64,000 nt of DNA from Camelus ferus (Eukaryota). The notes under the pieces are model-generated. The model worked only from the letters and a program-made list of their open reading frames with translations, did no database searches and was not told the origin of the DNA. The DNA lies in contig NC_045707.1 of assembly GCF_009834535.1 (NCBI RefSeq), positions 64,420,001 to 64,484,000 on the forward strand. The letters run 5' to 3'. This document shows, one piece after another, positions 25,286 through 35,766 of this stretch (its first letter is position 1; every line of letters starts with the position of its first letter). The translations under genes and the position numbers were made by a program.

Positions 25286-26741
25286 ACATTTGTAGCTTTT
25301 ATCTCTTCTTACTTGTTCCATTTGTTTTTTGTTTACTAACGCAGTTGCTTTCATTTGGAAAATGCTGAAGGAAATAAAGTCTGGTCATTTGTCTAACCAG
25401 TTCTACAGATTCCACATACCAGGTAAACATACCCCAAGTCAGAGGAAACAAAAACACATGCAGACACATATACGAGAGTAGAAAGAGAACTGTAACACTC
25501 TTTGAAGACTTCCAGAAGTTCACAACTTGAAAGACCTTTAGTAGTACACAACTCAGTTGAACAGCAGAATGGTTTTTTTGTTGTTGTTGAGGGTCATGAA
25601 AAAATGAGTCCCAAGTCAATTTTATAAGCTTGAAATAATATTGTATCACTGGCTTTTGTCCTAGCTTTGATCAAACTTGCCTATGAATTTTTAGAAGGAA
25701 AATTGGACCTAACTCTTGAGAATTTCTTTCCTGAATGAAAGGGTCCTGAAAACGATAGAATTTCCTAACTGCGTGAAGAGCAGCAGGAAGCTGGGCAGAC
25801 ACGGGAACAGCATTGGCCGTGAGGGAGCTCCCCTGGGGCAAGAGTTCCCTCCCAGCTTCACTAGGGCTCCTGCTCTCTGTCCCCAAACTCACAGGGGTCA
25901 GAACTCCCGTTTCTGGCTTGTTTACCCAGGAGTCATCAGCGAGATTCGTGGGAGCTTCACCCAAGAGTTTGTCACCAGCTTCTCCAAGGTGGTGCACAGC
26001 TCAGGGACAGCCTTGCCTCTGACTACAAGCCAGTGCTCTTTTCACGAAGTCATCCCTGCAACTAACTGTGGACATATGTCTGACTGTAAATTAACTCTGA
26101 GCGTCAACTACTTCCAATACGAGATGCTAGAAAAGTGTTTTCCAGCCAGGAAGGCAAGTGATCAGGATGGATGCCTTGTATGTAGAATGGCAAATACTGT
26201 CTCCTAGAGGAACCTCCTTAAAAAGGTTCTTTTTTTGAAAGGATTACTCTTTAAGGATTATCTGGGAATAACTTCATTCTATTAGTCAACAATTACATTT
26301 TGAGGACCTGCTATGTCCTAGGCATGATTCTAACCTTGGAGGAATCAATAAAAGGAAGGAACACCCTGCCCTGATCAACCTTACGTTCCCATCACTGGAA
26401 CTCTCGTGATTTGAATAACTCAAGCAGTTTCTCTAATAGGTGCCGACACCAAATTAATTTGAGGAAATGAGCTAATTTTTGCACTTTGCACTAACCATGT
26501 GATTCTGTCAATTGAAAAGGGAGATTTTCATGTATTGAAACTTTCACTTTGGTGGCCAAAGAGATTTGGGGATATGTAGAGGAAGATGGCTCAGAACACT
26601 GTCATTCAGTAGGGCTTTGCGACACAGATATATAAGCTTGTCACCATAAATATGGAGCAAAAACCTTCCACTCTGTAAAACATTTAAAAAAAAAACTTTT
26701 AAATAAATTTAAAAATTTTTTAAAGATTGCATAAGTAAGTG

Positions 26742-26847
26742 TAAATATATTTATCTTTAAAAATAAGTTGCCATATTGTAAAGGCCAATAAATATATTTA
26801 TCTTTAAGAATAAGTTTCAAAAATGGGTGCCATATTCTAAAGGCCAT
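26742..26847. repeat. Local tandem duplication (~47-58 bp unit)
   Basis: taaatatatttatctttaa(a/g)aataagtt...gccatatt(g/c)taaaggcca occurs twice. The second copy carries ~12 extra bases. Confidence 0.85.
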
Positions 26848-27479
26848 CGAGGTGCTATGGGATGTCCAGAGTCCCACAGTAGCAGCAAGGGCTTCTCTGG
26901 TGCCCCAGTGCCAAAGGCTATTTTGTAGTTAAGTTTAGTCCAAGCCCCATGAGGCTGTTATTTGTGGCAAAAAGCAAGGTTCCTGTTCCCCACAATGTGC
27001 CCAGGCAGATTCAAAAGTTAATAGCTGCCTGAATCTGTAGAAAGCCTGCTGATGGAGTCAAAGCCAAACTCATTGTATGCCCTCTTCCAAGTGTGATCAC
27101 ACACGTGGCCCCGGTGGCTGTTTGAAGAATTGTAAGGGAGGGCATGAGCAGACCTGGGGAAGCTTCTCCTGTGTATTCCATCGACGCTACCTGGGGCCTT
27201 CTCAAGGGCATTATAGATGCCACATCTAATTCCATCAGGGGTCTCTCTGGTTTGCCACATGCAAAGTGAGCTCACCACTTGTCAGCTTAGATAACCAAAC
27301 CATGGCAAGGTGCAGGGACAGGGAAGCATTGCTTTCTCCTACCTGTTGAGGCTTATTGTGGGGTTCGGGTCTCCCTGGGTGCAGGTGATGGAAGTGAGGG
27401 CACTGTCCTCATTAACCCTACAAGTCCTCGCCCTCTAATTCCCCCCCTGAAAGGTGGTGGCTCTCCAGCTCCCAGGCTG

Positions 27480-28140
27480 TTTCTTGTCTCACCATCCACT
27501 CCCAGGACTTCAAGCACCATCTTTACACTGAAGTCTCCCAGGAAATTGTCTCCAGCCCACCTGGGTGTCTCATAGCACATCCTACAAAACTTGTCAGAAA
27601 CTGGACTCATCACCTCCACGCCCCGCTTCCCTGCCCACGTATCCACCTCGCCTATTCCTGCCCCTGTATTTCCAGCCTCCGTGAGTGACAGGAGTCACCC
27701 AACACTCACTTTCCCACCTAGAAACCTGAGTGACATCCCCTATACGTCCTTCTCCCTCACTGCCGCTTTGAACCCATCACCACTTCCTGCTTGTTCTCTT
27801 CCTGTGAGCTCTTCAGTCCGTTATGTCCTCTGCATCCCTGTCAATGTTACGTCCTCAGCATGTTCCCAGAACCGTCATGGCATCCTCCTGTCCCAACCTC
27901 TGTTTCTCTTCCTTGACCCATTCTCTTAACCACTCAAGTATAAGTGCGAATCTAATGGTGCCGTATGACTGCTAATATCCTTCAGTGGAATCTCATCACC
28001 TTCAGAATAAAATCCAAGTGACTTTCCAGCCCCCTTTCCCACACTGCACACTCTGCACTCCACCCTAGTACATTAAATGACTTGAACTTCTCCCAGTGTA
28101 CCACATTCTCTCAGGTACTCTCTGCCTGGAATGCCCTTTG
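27480..28140 (+). mobile_element. L2 LINE remnant
   Basis: 'catccactcccaggacttcaagcaccatctttacactg', 'ccttcagtggaatctcatcaccttcagaataaaatccaa', 'ctctgcctggaatgccctt'. Confidence 0.8.
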
Positions 28141-28149
28141 TCTATAATA

Positions 28150-28412
28150 TTTAAAAATTTGAGATAACATTTAAAAACCAGAGGTTTTCACATTTCTTAA
28201 ACATCTGAGTTTTGAACTTCTCTTGAAAAATCCGTTCTGGCAGCATAGAGCCCGCGTTCCCACCCAGCAACTATTGGCCAGAGTTCCAGGCAGCCAGCCC
28301 TGCAGATAGAAGCTCGTCTCTCTATCTCGCACCACTAATCTCAAGCCCTGCTGGCTCTGCTCATTGACTTTACTTGTCTGCTCACTGTTGGCATTTGAAT
28401 CTGCAATCCCTG
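28150..28412. mobile_element. MER102-like hAT-Charlie MITE
   Basis: 'cttctcttgaaaaatccgttctggcagcatagagcccgcgttccc' and terminal 'ggcatttgaatctgcaatccctg'. Confidence 0.7.
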
Positions 28413-28589
28413 ACCTACAGAAATGCAAAAGCTTCCAAAATCATTTACCAGTGAATCATAGAACTTCCAGCATATGGGACAGTTGCAATGCCATGACTTA
28501 AATAGTGTTGGCTTTAGTGAGCAAGAAATTCTGCCCTGTTATTCTATTCCAGGCATTGGAAGTAACAAATTTGGTAACATAAAGTTTTT

Positions 28590-29034
28590 CTGGCAACGCT
28601 TTGCTTTATTGCACTTCACAGATACTGAGTTGTGTTGTTTTTTTTTTTTTTTCAAATGGAGGGTTTATGGCAACCCTGCATTGAGAAAGTCTGTCAGCAC
28701 CAATTTTCCAACAGCATTTGCTCACTTCACGTCTCTATGTCACATTTTGGCAATTCTCACAATATTTCAAGCCCCTCCACCAGTAAAAAGATTCCAACTG
28801 GCAGAAGGCTCAGATGATGGTTAGCATTTTTTTTTAGCAATAAGGTATTTTTAATTGAGGTATGTACACTTTTTAACAGAACGCTATTGCACACTTAATA
28901 GATTACAGTATAGCGCAAACATAACTTTTATACACACTGGGAAACCAAAAAATCCATGTGATGCACTTCGTTGTGGTACTCACTGTATTGTGGTGGCCTG
29001 GAACCAAACCTGCAATATCTCGGTGGTGTACCTG
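28590..29034 (+). mobile_element. Tigger1 internal-deletion derivative (Tigger1a-type MITE)
   Basis: The Tigger1 5' end (ctttattgcacttcacagata...gtcacattttggcaattctcacaatatttcaa) is joined directly to the Tigger1 3' end (gaaggctcagatgatggttagc...tgcaatatctcggtggtgtacctg), followed by TA. Confidence 0.9.
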
Positions 29035-29839
29035 TATCTATTGAGGTCTTTGAGGAGACACTGGAAATTGCGAAAGAAAGATTTTGTTTCAGAATGTGAA
29101 CATTAAAACTAAAAACAGGTCGGTGAGCAAGAATGTGTCGCATCAGGTTTCATCGTAATTTGGGTGCTATAGAAAAACCCTTAAGTTGGGTTTGAGAGGT
29201 AAGATCTATGTTGGAAGGCTTCCTGACCATTAAGACTTTAAGCTATCTGGGAAGAGCCATAGGGATCATAGACCATAAATGTGACCTGAAAAAGGAAATG
29301 CTTTCCTTGGAAATAAAAAGCTTCTTGTGGCTGCACTCAGGTGAGCCCACGGGCGGGCCTGAAGTGACAGCTTGCCATCTGTCCTGCAGGAGCTGGCTCT
29401 GCGCAACACCAGCCCAGACGAAAATGGTAACACTCGTGTGGGCTGCTCTATTTTGTAGCATTTGTAACAACAGAACACTTCACGCAGAAGGAAGCCAGAG
29501 CCTTCCGCAGCTGATTGGGGGTGGGGTGGGGTGGGGGGTAGAAGCCCTTATTTCCTCTGAATCCATCTTCTCCACGCATGGGCTCCGAGAAGCACCTTTC
29601 AATTTTCTCAGCATTCTGGCTCCTTGTTACGGAAAATGCCAAATGATAACGTGAAAGAGCTTAGCTGAGCTTCACCTGTGCTGGTGATTGGTGATGATGC
29701 CTGCGAGCCCATTAAGATTGTTGGCTCCAAAGTAGTGAGGTCCTGCCGTCTGGTGACCTGCCAATGAAATGCTTTTAAACTTACTCCTATCCCCAAATTC
29801 ACAAATTAAATGGAAGACTAATTTAATATATTCAATATC

Positions 29840-30060
29840 TATCATTCACAGTTTTGCATAGTAGGGTTAAAAGTGTGAAATCTCTGGCTTCAAATCACTA
29901 CTCGTTAGCTAAGGGAACTCGGTAAAGTTACTTAACCTCTCTGTGCCGCATTTTCCTCACCTGGGAAATGGGGATAATGACAGTATGTTTTCCTTAGGGT
30001 CGGGAGGATTTAAAGAGCTAATACAAGTAAACTTTAAAAAGTGGCTAGCACCTGTGTTAG
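29840..30060 (+). mobile_element. MIR SINE
   Basis: Core 'aagttacttaacctctctgtgccgcattttcctcacctgggaaatgggataat'. Confidence 0.85.
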
Positions 30061-30451
30061 CTGTCATCCTCACTCGCTATGTCAGACACTGTCCTAGGTC
30101 CTGAATATCTACTGTGAACAGAGCAGATAGGGTCCCTGCCTTCACAGAGCTTAGACTTGTGGTTGCCTATGAAAAGTGTAAAATATTTCCTGGCTACTTT
30201 GATTCCAACCATTTCCAGACAGATTATTTGAATGCAAAAGAGAACTGAGAGCCCCTGATGGCAGCCTTTTTTCGCTGGCAAGGAGATCATATCTGTTCAC
30301 AAGGATGTCCCCTGGCTGAAGCACAGAATGTTGACAGCCTGGTCAGGTGAGAGATCAGTGATTGTCTTTTAGATTCAGAGGTGCTGGTTTGGCGATGCTG
30401 CTGTCCATAGCTGTCACAGCTTTAAAAAGTAACACAAGCTGCTTGAGCAAC

Positions 30452-30789
30452 TGTGGTGGACTGTACTATCATTCAGGAGATTCACTGCTCCTCCCTGGGA
30501 GAGTACTGATGGCAGACTTGGCCAAGTGACTTGCTTTAGTTGATAAAATTAGAGTGACGTGACATTTGTCACTTCTAGGCAGGAGCTTTAGAGCCAGGGT
30601 ACGATCAACCATGCTCTTTTCCCTGCCTCTGAGATTGTGGATGCACATCCAAGAGAAGCCTGGGTCTCTGAGATAGGACCCTTTGTATATGGAGTGCATG
30701 AGTGAGAATAATTCTTTATTGTTCAAGCTACTGATGATTGTGGTGTCATTTGTTACTGTACCATCATCTAGCCTGTTTTAACAAACACA
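30452..30789 (+). mobile_element. Old MaLR LTR (MLT1H/I/J-like)
   Basis: 'cttggccaagtgacttgctttagttgataaaat...gtcacttctaggcaggagcttta' and 3' 'aagctactgatgattgtggtgtcatttgttactgtaccatcatctagcc'. Confidence 0.75.
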
Positions 30790-31734
30790 TCATGCCCAGG
30801 TATGTCTGGTTGCTATGATGGCCAGAAAACCCAACTGCATCAACCCTTCAACCTCAGGACCTCATACTGCCCCCAAAGTGCACTTTTTTGTTTGTTTTAT
30901 GTCCTTGATGGCTCCATTAGTGCTTCTAGCCTTGCTGTTCCCTTGGAGGAAATTCATGGTAGGAGAATGAGCTCTAGCTCTAGACCCACATCCCGAGATG
31001 GAAGTCCAGCTCCTTCACTATCTAACTTTGTCATCTTCAGCAAATCGATCAATCTAAATGTCAATTTTATTTGATTTTACAATATCTTTATGTGATATCA
31101 TAAAATCTGCTTAATGTACCCCAAGTTTGTTCTTAGGAAACACTTTATAAAGTTTTGTTTGTTTGTCTTTTACTAATATAGAAAAGTATTTTTAGTTCTT
31201 AAGAACCCCCCTCAACCTATGAAACTCTCAGCCAACAATACCAGTTTACTGACAGGCATGGCTACAAAAGGCGGGGCTCCTTGGATGATTGGTTTATAAG
31301 TGGGAGGTCAAGGTCCTCAACTGGTATGTCCTTACTCAGAAACGCACTTCTCAGTCCAAAAGTCCCATTCAGAAAGAAGAGACTTGATGACAACTTTTCT
31401 TGGTCTTTCAAGGGACACATTTTCCTATGCCAAATAATATTACAGTTGTCTTTAAAATGCAGTCAGGGAGCAAAGCTTAGACCCAGCCACCAATACACAG
31501 AATTATTTTGATTGAAAGAGTAGGTAAATAAATGCATTCATCCCCAAGTCACTCTCATAAATGCTTTGTCATCACTCACATCGTTTGTAATAGCTCGAGG
31601 ATTTCTCCCAGCCCTGGAAGACTCAAGGCAGAGTAGGAGCAGAGGCAGTTAGAATATTCTTTCCTATCATTCTTTCTCAAGAAGACTCCTTCTCAGTCTT
31701 CCAAGGAATCTTAATTGACAGCACAATCTGATTT

Positions 31735-32320
31735 AGATTCATTCATTTATTCATTCATTCCTTTATCCAGTTTTTACTGAGTGACTATTAAGTGCCAGTT
31801 CTTGTTCTAGACATTGAGGTACAGACTAGACCAGTCTCTGCCTGCATGGAGCTTACATTCTGATGGGGAAAACAGATAATCAATGACTAGCTATATAAAT
31901 AAGATGATTCTAGGTCATGATAAATGCCATGAAGGTGATATCAGAGGGCCACACCCAAGGTGTCTGGAAGGGGGCAGGGTAATGCTAGTTCAGGCCAGGC
32001 TACAAGAGAAGACATCCTGAAAAGCTGACCTTTGAATCAAGGTCTGAACTATGAGAAGAAGCTCATGAAAATCTTCAAGTGGAAGAACATTCTAGGCAGG
32101 GGAAAGAGTAAGTGCAAAGGCCCTGAGGCAGGAATAAGCTTGATACGTTCACAGAATAGAAAGCAGGCCGATATGATTAGCAGGTAGTGATTAAAGGGTA
32201 GAGGAGGTAGGGGTCAGATCCTGTCGGGCCTTGAGAAGTAAGACAAGGATTTTAAGATTTTCTTTTGGACCTAATGAGAGTCACTGGAGAGTTTTTGGCA
32301 GAGGATTGGCATGATCTGAA
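31735..32320 (-). mobile_element. L2 3' portion
   Basis: (TTCA)n tail at ~31737-31760, then 'ctgcctgcatggagcttacattctgatgggg' and 'aagtgcaaaggccctgaggcaggaataagctt'. Confidence 0.9.
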
Positions 32321-33272
32321 GCAAAGAACTAATGAATTGAAAATGTTTTGCAATCATTCATACCCTTGAGCATTCAAGTGATCGGTTGATGTTGACAATA
32401 TTTTTCCTCAATCCCAAAATCCCAGCACATGAATTGACAAGGCTAGGTGTGCTCATGGGGCTAATAAGAGAATATTTTAAATCAGAATTGTTTGGGGAAA
32501 GCATAGGATAAATATTCACCCTGTCTCTAACTGTGCCTAGCCATATGCATCTTGTCGTGGGGAATAAAAAGACTGGGTTCTTAGCTCTGTATGATTTGTA
32601 GACGGTGTTTCTTGAGTGTTATTAAAAAGAAACTTCAAGGAGTTTCCAGGCAGGAGGTGGGGAGCAGATGACACAGCGGGGCTTGATAGCAGGAGTCGTG
32701 TTCTCAGCCGTGTTCTCAGCGTTACCACCACCCTGTCCCTGGGTGTGAGGTGATGGATGTGAGTGCCCCACCCTTCCCACCCTCTTCTCACCTTCTCCAT
32801 TACCACTACTGCATTTGCACCTCACTCCTTCTCCTCTGCACCCCATTATCACTCTCCCATTTCCAGATGAATTGGAGGAAAGGTGTTACAAGAATTTCAG
32901 CCTTTTTCTCCATAATAACCTAGGATTTTGATGACACTGACATTTATTCCTCCTGCCATCTCTTTCTCTCCTTCTGTCATTACCTCCTTCTTCCCCTTCT
33001 TTCCCTCTCGTCTCTCTCAACACCTCCCTTTTCTAGGAGGGTTTCACCCAGGACTTCAGAAAGCCCCAGACTAAAATCCACTATGGTAGAGGTAGGTACT
33101 TTCTGAAAAAGAAGATTGATCATCAGTATAGTTAAATCAGGGATATTTACTTATCAAAGCTTATTGTTTAATAAAAGAAGACTCATGATAGGTTTTCCAT
33201 ATTGAAAATGGCTGAGATTGCTGAAGTGTCAATTATAACATGGCAGCCATGTTATCTTACATGGGTTTTTTA

Positions 33273-33407
33273 AATTTATTTTATTTTACTTTGGGATGGG
33301 TCATTAGGTTTGTTTGTTTGTATATGTTAATGGAGGTACTGGGAATTGAACCCAGGACCTTGCGCATGCTAAACAGACACTCTATCACTGAGCTATACCC
33401 TATCCCC
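33273..33407 (-). mobile_element. tRNA-derived camelid SINE (Vic-1 type)
   Basis: 'tggaggtactgggaattgaacccaggaccttgcgcatgct...actgagctataccc'. TSD cttacatgggtttttta (33256-33272) and cttacatggttatttta (33408-33424). Confidence 0.92.
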
Positions 33408-33439
33408 CTTACATGGTTATTTTATAGCAATCATCTCTT

Positions 33440-33700
33440 CCCCCATTTATTGAGAAGTTTTGGTGTGCCAGGCACAGTGTGAGATGCTGGAGGAGATATA
33501 AACAGGCAAAGACACACTCCTGCCCTCCAGAACAAATATCCATCAGGGCAGTGGAGACCCCACAAGGTACCATAGGACAGGAGAGGCAGTAACAAGGGCG
33601 ATTACAGAGGCAAAACCAAGGATAAATGGGAGATTAATTCCAGCTGGCACCTTGGGAAGGCCTGATAGAGAAGGGATTTGAGAAAAGACCAGATGACAGG
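33440..33700 (-). mobile_element. L2 3' remnant
   Basis: 'catttattgagaagttttggtgtgccaggcacagtgtgagatgctggag...cctgccctccaga'. Confidence 0.7.
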
Positions 33701-33859
33701 ACCTCTCCCTGCTTTAAGGCAGTCCCAGGCCTCTCTCCTCCATTAGCATTAAACCAAGGCCCACGCACCTGCATTTCAGATAGTCAGTGGCTGCTTCTGG
33801 CTCTGTAGAATTCTGAGCTGTGTGTTGGGAATCGGGTGCAATTTTATTAGCAGCAAGAT

Positions 33860-34125
33860 AAAGTAGTGATGGCAAGTGAGCGCGCTCAAGCCAGGCTGCT
33901 TGGATTGGAATCCTGCCCGCATCGAGTAGTCTGTAGGTGACTATAGGCAAGTAGCTTAACCTTTCTCTTCAGTTTCCTTGACAGTAAAGCGGAGTAAAAA
34001 TATTGTTCACATGAACTCCTTCTGTCATTCATGGAAGCACTTACAACAACCGTTGGTACATGAGTAGCCCTTGATGGATCTTGTATGTAGATGGGGAGTA
34101 AATGGATATAAAGCACTTAGAATAG
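33860..34125 (+). mobile_element. MIR SINE
   Basis: 'gtgactataggcaagtagcttaacctttctcttcagtttcctt...tataaagcacttagaatag'. Confidence 0.8.
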
Positions 34126-34217
34126 TTCAGTTCTGGTGGCCCACTGTCAAAGCCGGACGTGAGAGTCACCTCTGTCCGGTCCTGATGGAGTGGGGCTTTC
34201 TCGTCTTTACGCTTACA

Positions 34218-34236
34218 CAGGCGCCCCCTTGCGGAG
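34218..34236 (-). promoter_or_regulatory. Candidate CTCF binding site in a CpG-rich patch
   Basis: Minus strand CCGCAAGGGGGCGC (34221-34234) closely matches the CTCF core CCASYAGRKGGCRS. The CpGs are retained. Confidence 0.6.
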
Positions 34237-35716
34237 GCAGAGCCAAATATTTGCAACGCCGTCTTGCTCTCCAGTTCTAGGAGGACGGGAAAGCAGGAAG
34301 ACGCGGCGGCTGACATCACCAGCCGCACGGCCACCCCGTGGCTTCTCCCAGGCCAGGCAGCCGCTGCGATCAGGGCTAGCCAAGGGGCCAGTGATCCATT
34401 TGGAATCAAGCACTGTGTGTAAACCATGCGATGGGACTTTCATCTGCCTGTTCATGGTTTGTTTGTTTTTTTTTTTTTTTGAGGTTATTGAATACAGTTA
34501 TACTTCATACCCTTCACAGTGGCTTTTAGCTGTCAGTTCCCCAGGGAGATGTTAAAGTTCATTGGATGATCGCCCCTTATACTTTAAAAAACATTTAAAT
34601 TTCTCGAAAGTATATATTTCTTCAACTGAAAAAAGATTTGCTGAGTGGCTACTGTATGCCTGGCACTACGTGAGGCCTGAGGACGCAAGAGGGAATAAAA
34701 CACAGCCCCTGACTTGAAAGGCTCATTATCAGACAGTTCCAGCACAGAATGTTGAGTGGTGAGTTAGGACCCAGTGAAGGATGCTGTGAGGACACACAGT
34801 GAGGGGCTGCCTCCCCAGAGGGAGTGGTGTCTAATGCTGGCGGCTCCGTGGATGCTAAGGGTTGCTGAGGGAGGGAGAGTCTGGTCCTGGGGGTAGAGGA
34901 GCGTTTCCCTCACTGCTGAGCTACGTCCACTGCTTACCTGGCCACAGAGCCCTGCCCCCACCCACGTGGCCACCTAGACAGTTGAACCGGGGCCCCCAGG
35001 CTGAACCCCCGACCCAGCTCCTGATGAGACAGCCGGAGTGGCCCTTTCTGGCTAGCCCTGCCCTGGTTGGCTCTCTCTCCGCTGCTGCTGGCCTTGCCTG
35101 CTGGCCTCGGGGACCTCTGGGTGGTCTGACCTCTCCCGGGCAAGGACCTCTCGGAGCTGGGGTCAGGCCTTGCCCTCTCCCGGGGACCCCAGTCTTCACT
35201 GTTGCTACCGCATGCTGGGGACTGGAAGGAGGGAGATGAGGTTCAAGCTCACAAAGCTAGGAGGGAAGTGTGATACGTGGAAGTTGTAAAAAAAAAAAAA
35301 AAAAACTATTAACATACTGTAAATACTGGGCACCATGAGAATACAGGGGGAGGAACTGATAATTCTGCCGCTGGGTCAGAGCCAGGTCCAGGGCAGTTTT
35401 CCCTGCTCATCGCCCTCTCTCCTTTCTTTGAGACACTGTGGTCCACGAGGCTTTGACTTGACTGAGAATTGACAGCAGGGTCCGGTTTCCCGATAGCTGC
35501 TTCCGTCTCTGGTCTGTCCTGTCTGTGGGTCAGGTTCAGAACGTGCTTCAGTGGCTCCTCACGCATTGCTGTCACAGCTGCATAGTGTTACGTGCAGTTA
35601 CGACAATTCCTCTGCCGTTCGTTCTCTTTCTAAAAGCTTAACAAAAAGATCGTCTTAAACTCTGGGTAATCCTATAGTACCGGCCATGTTATTTCAAAAA
35701 GGAGAATGCCAGTTCT

Positions 35717-35766
35717 GTATGTGTGTATATGTGTGTGTGTGTGTGTGTATGTGTGTATGTGTGTAT
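35717..35766. repeat. Imperfect (GT)n microsatellite
   Basis: tgtatgtgtgtatatgtgtgtg... directly visible. Confidence 0.95.

Noticed and set aside
25671..26207. Overlapping 108-163-aa ORFs
   Set aside because: No recognisable family and no clear splice-site pair. Compatible with chance in moderately GC-rich DNA.
34041..35239. Several 70-128-aa ORFs in the GC-rich region
   Set aside because: Stop codons are rare in GC-rich DNA, and the products are Gly/Pro/Arg-rich with no recognisable domain.
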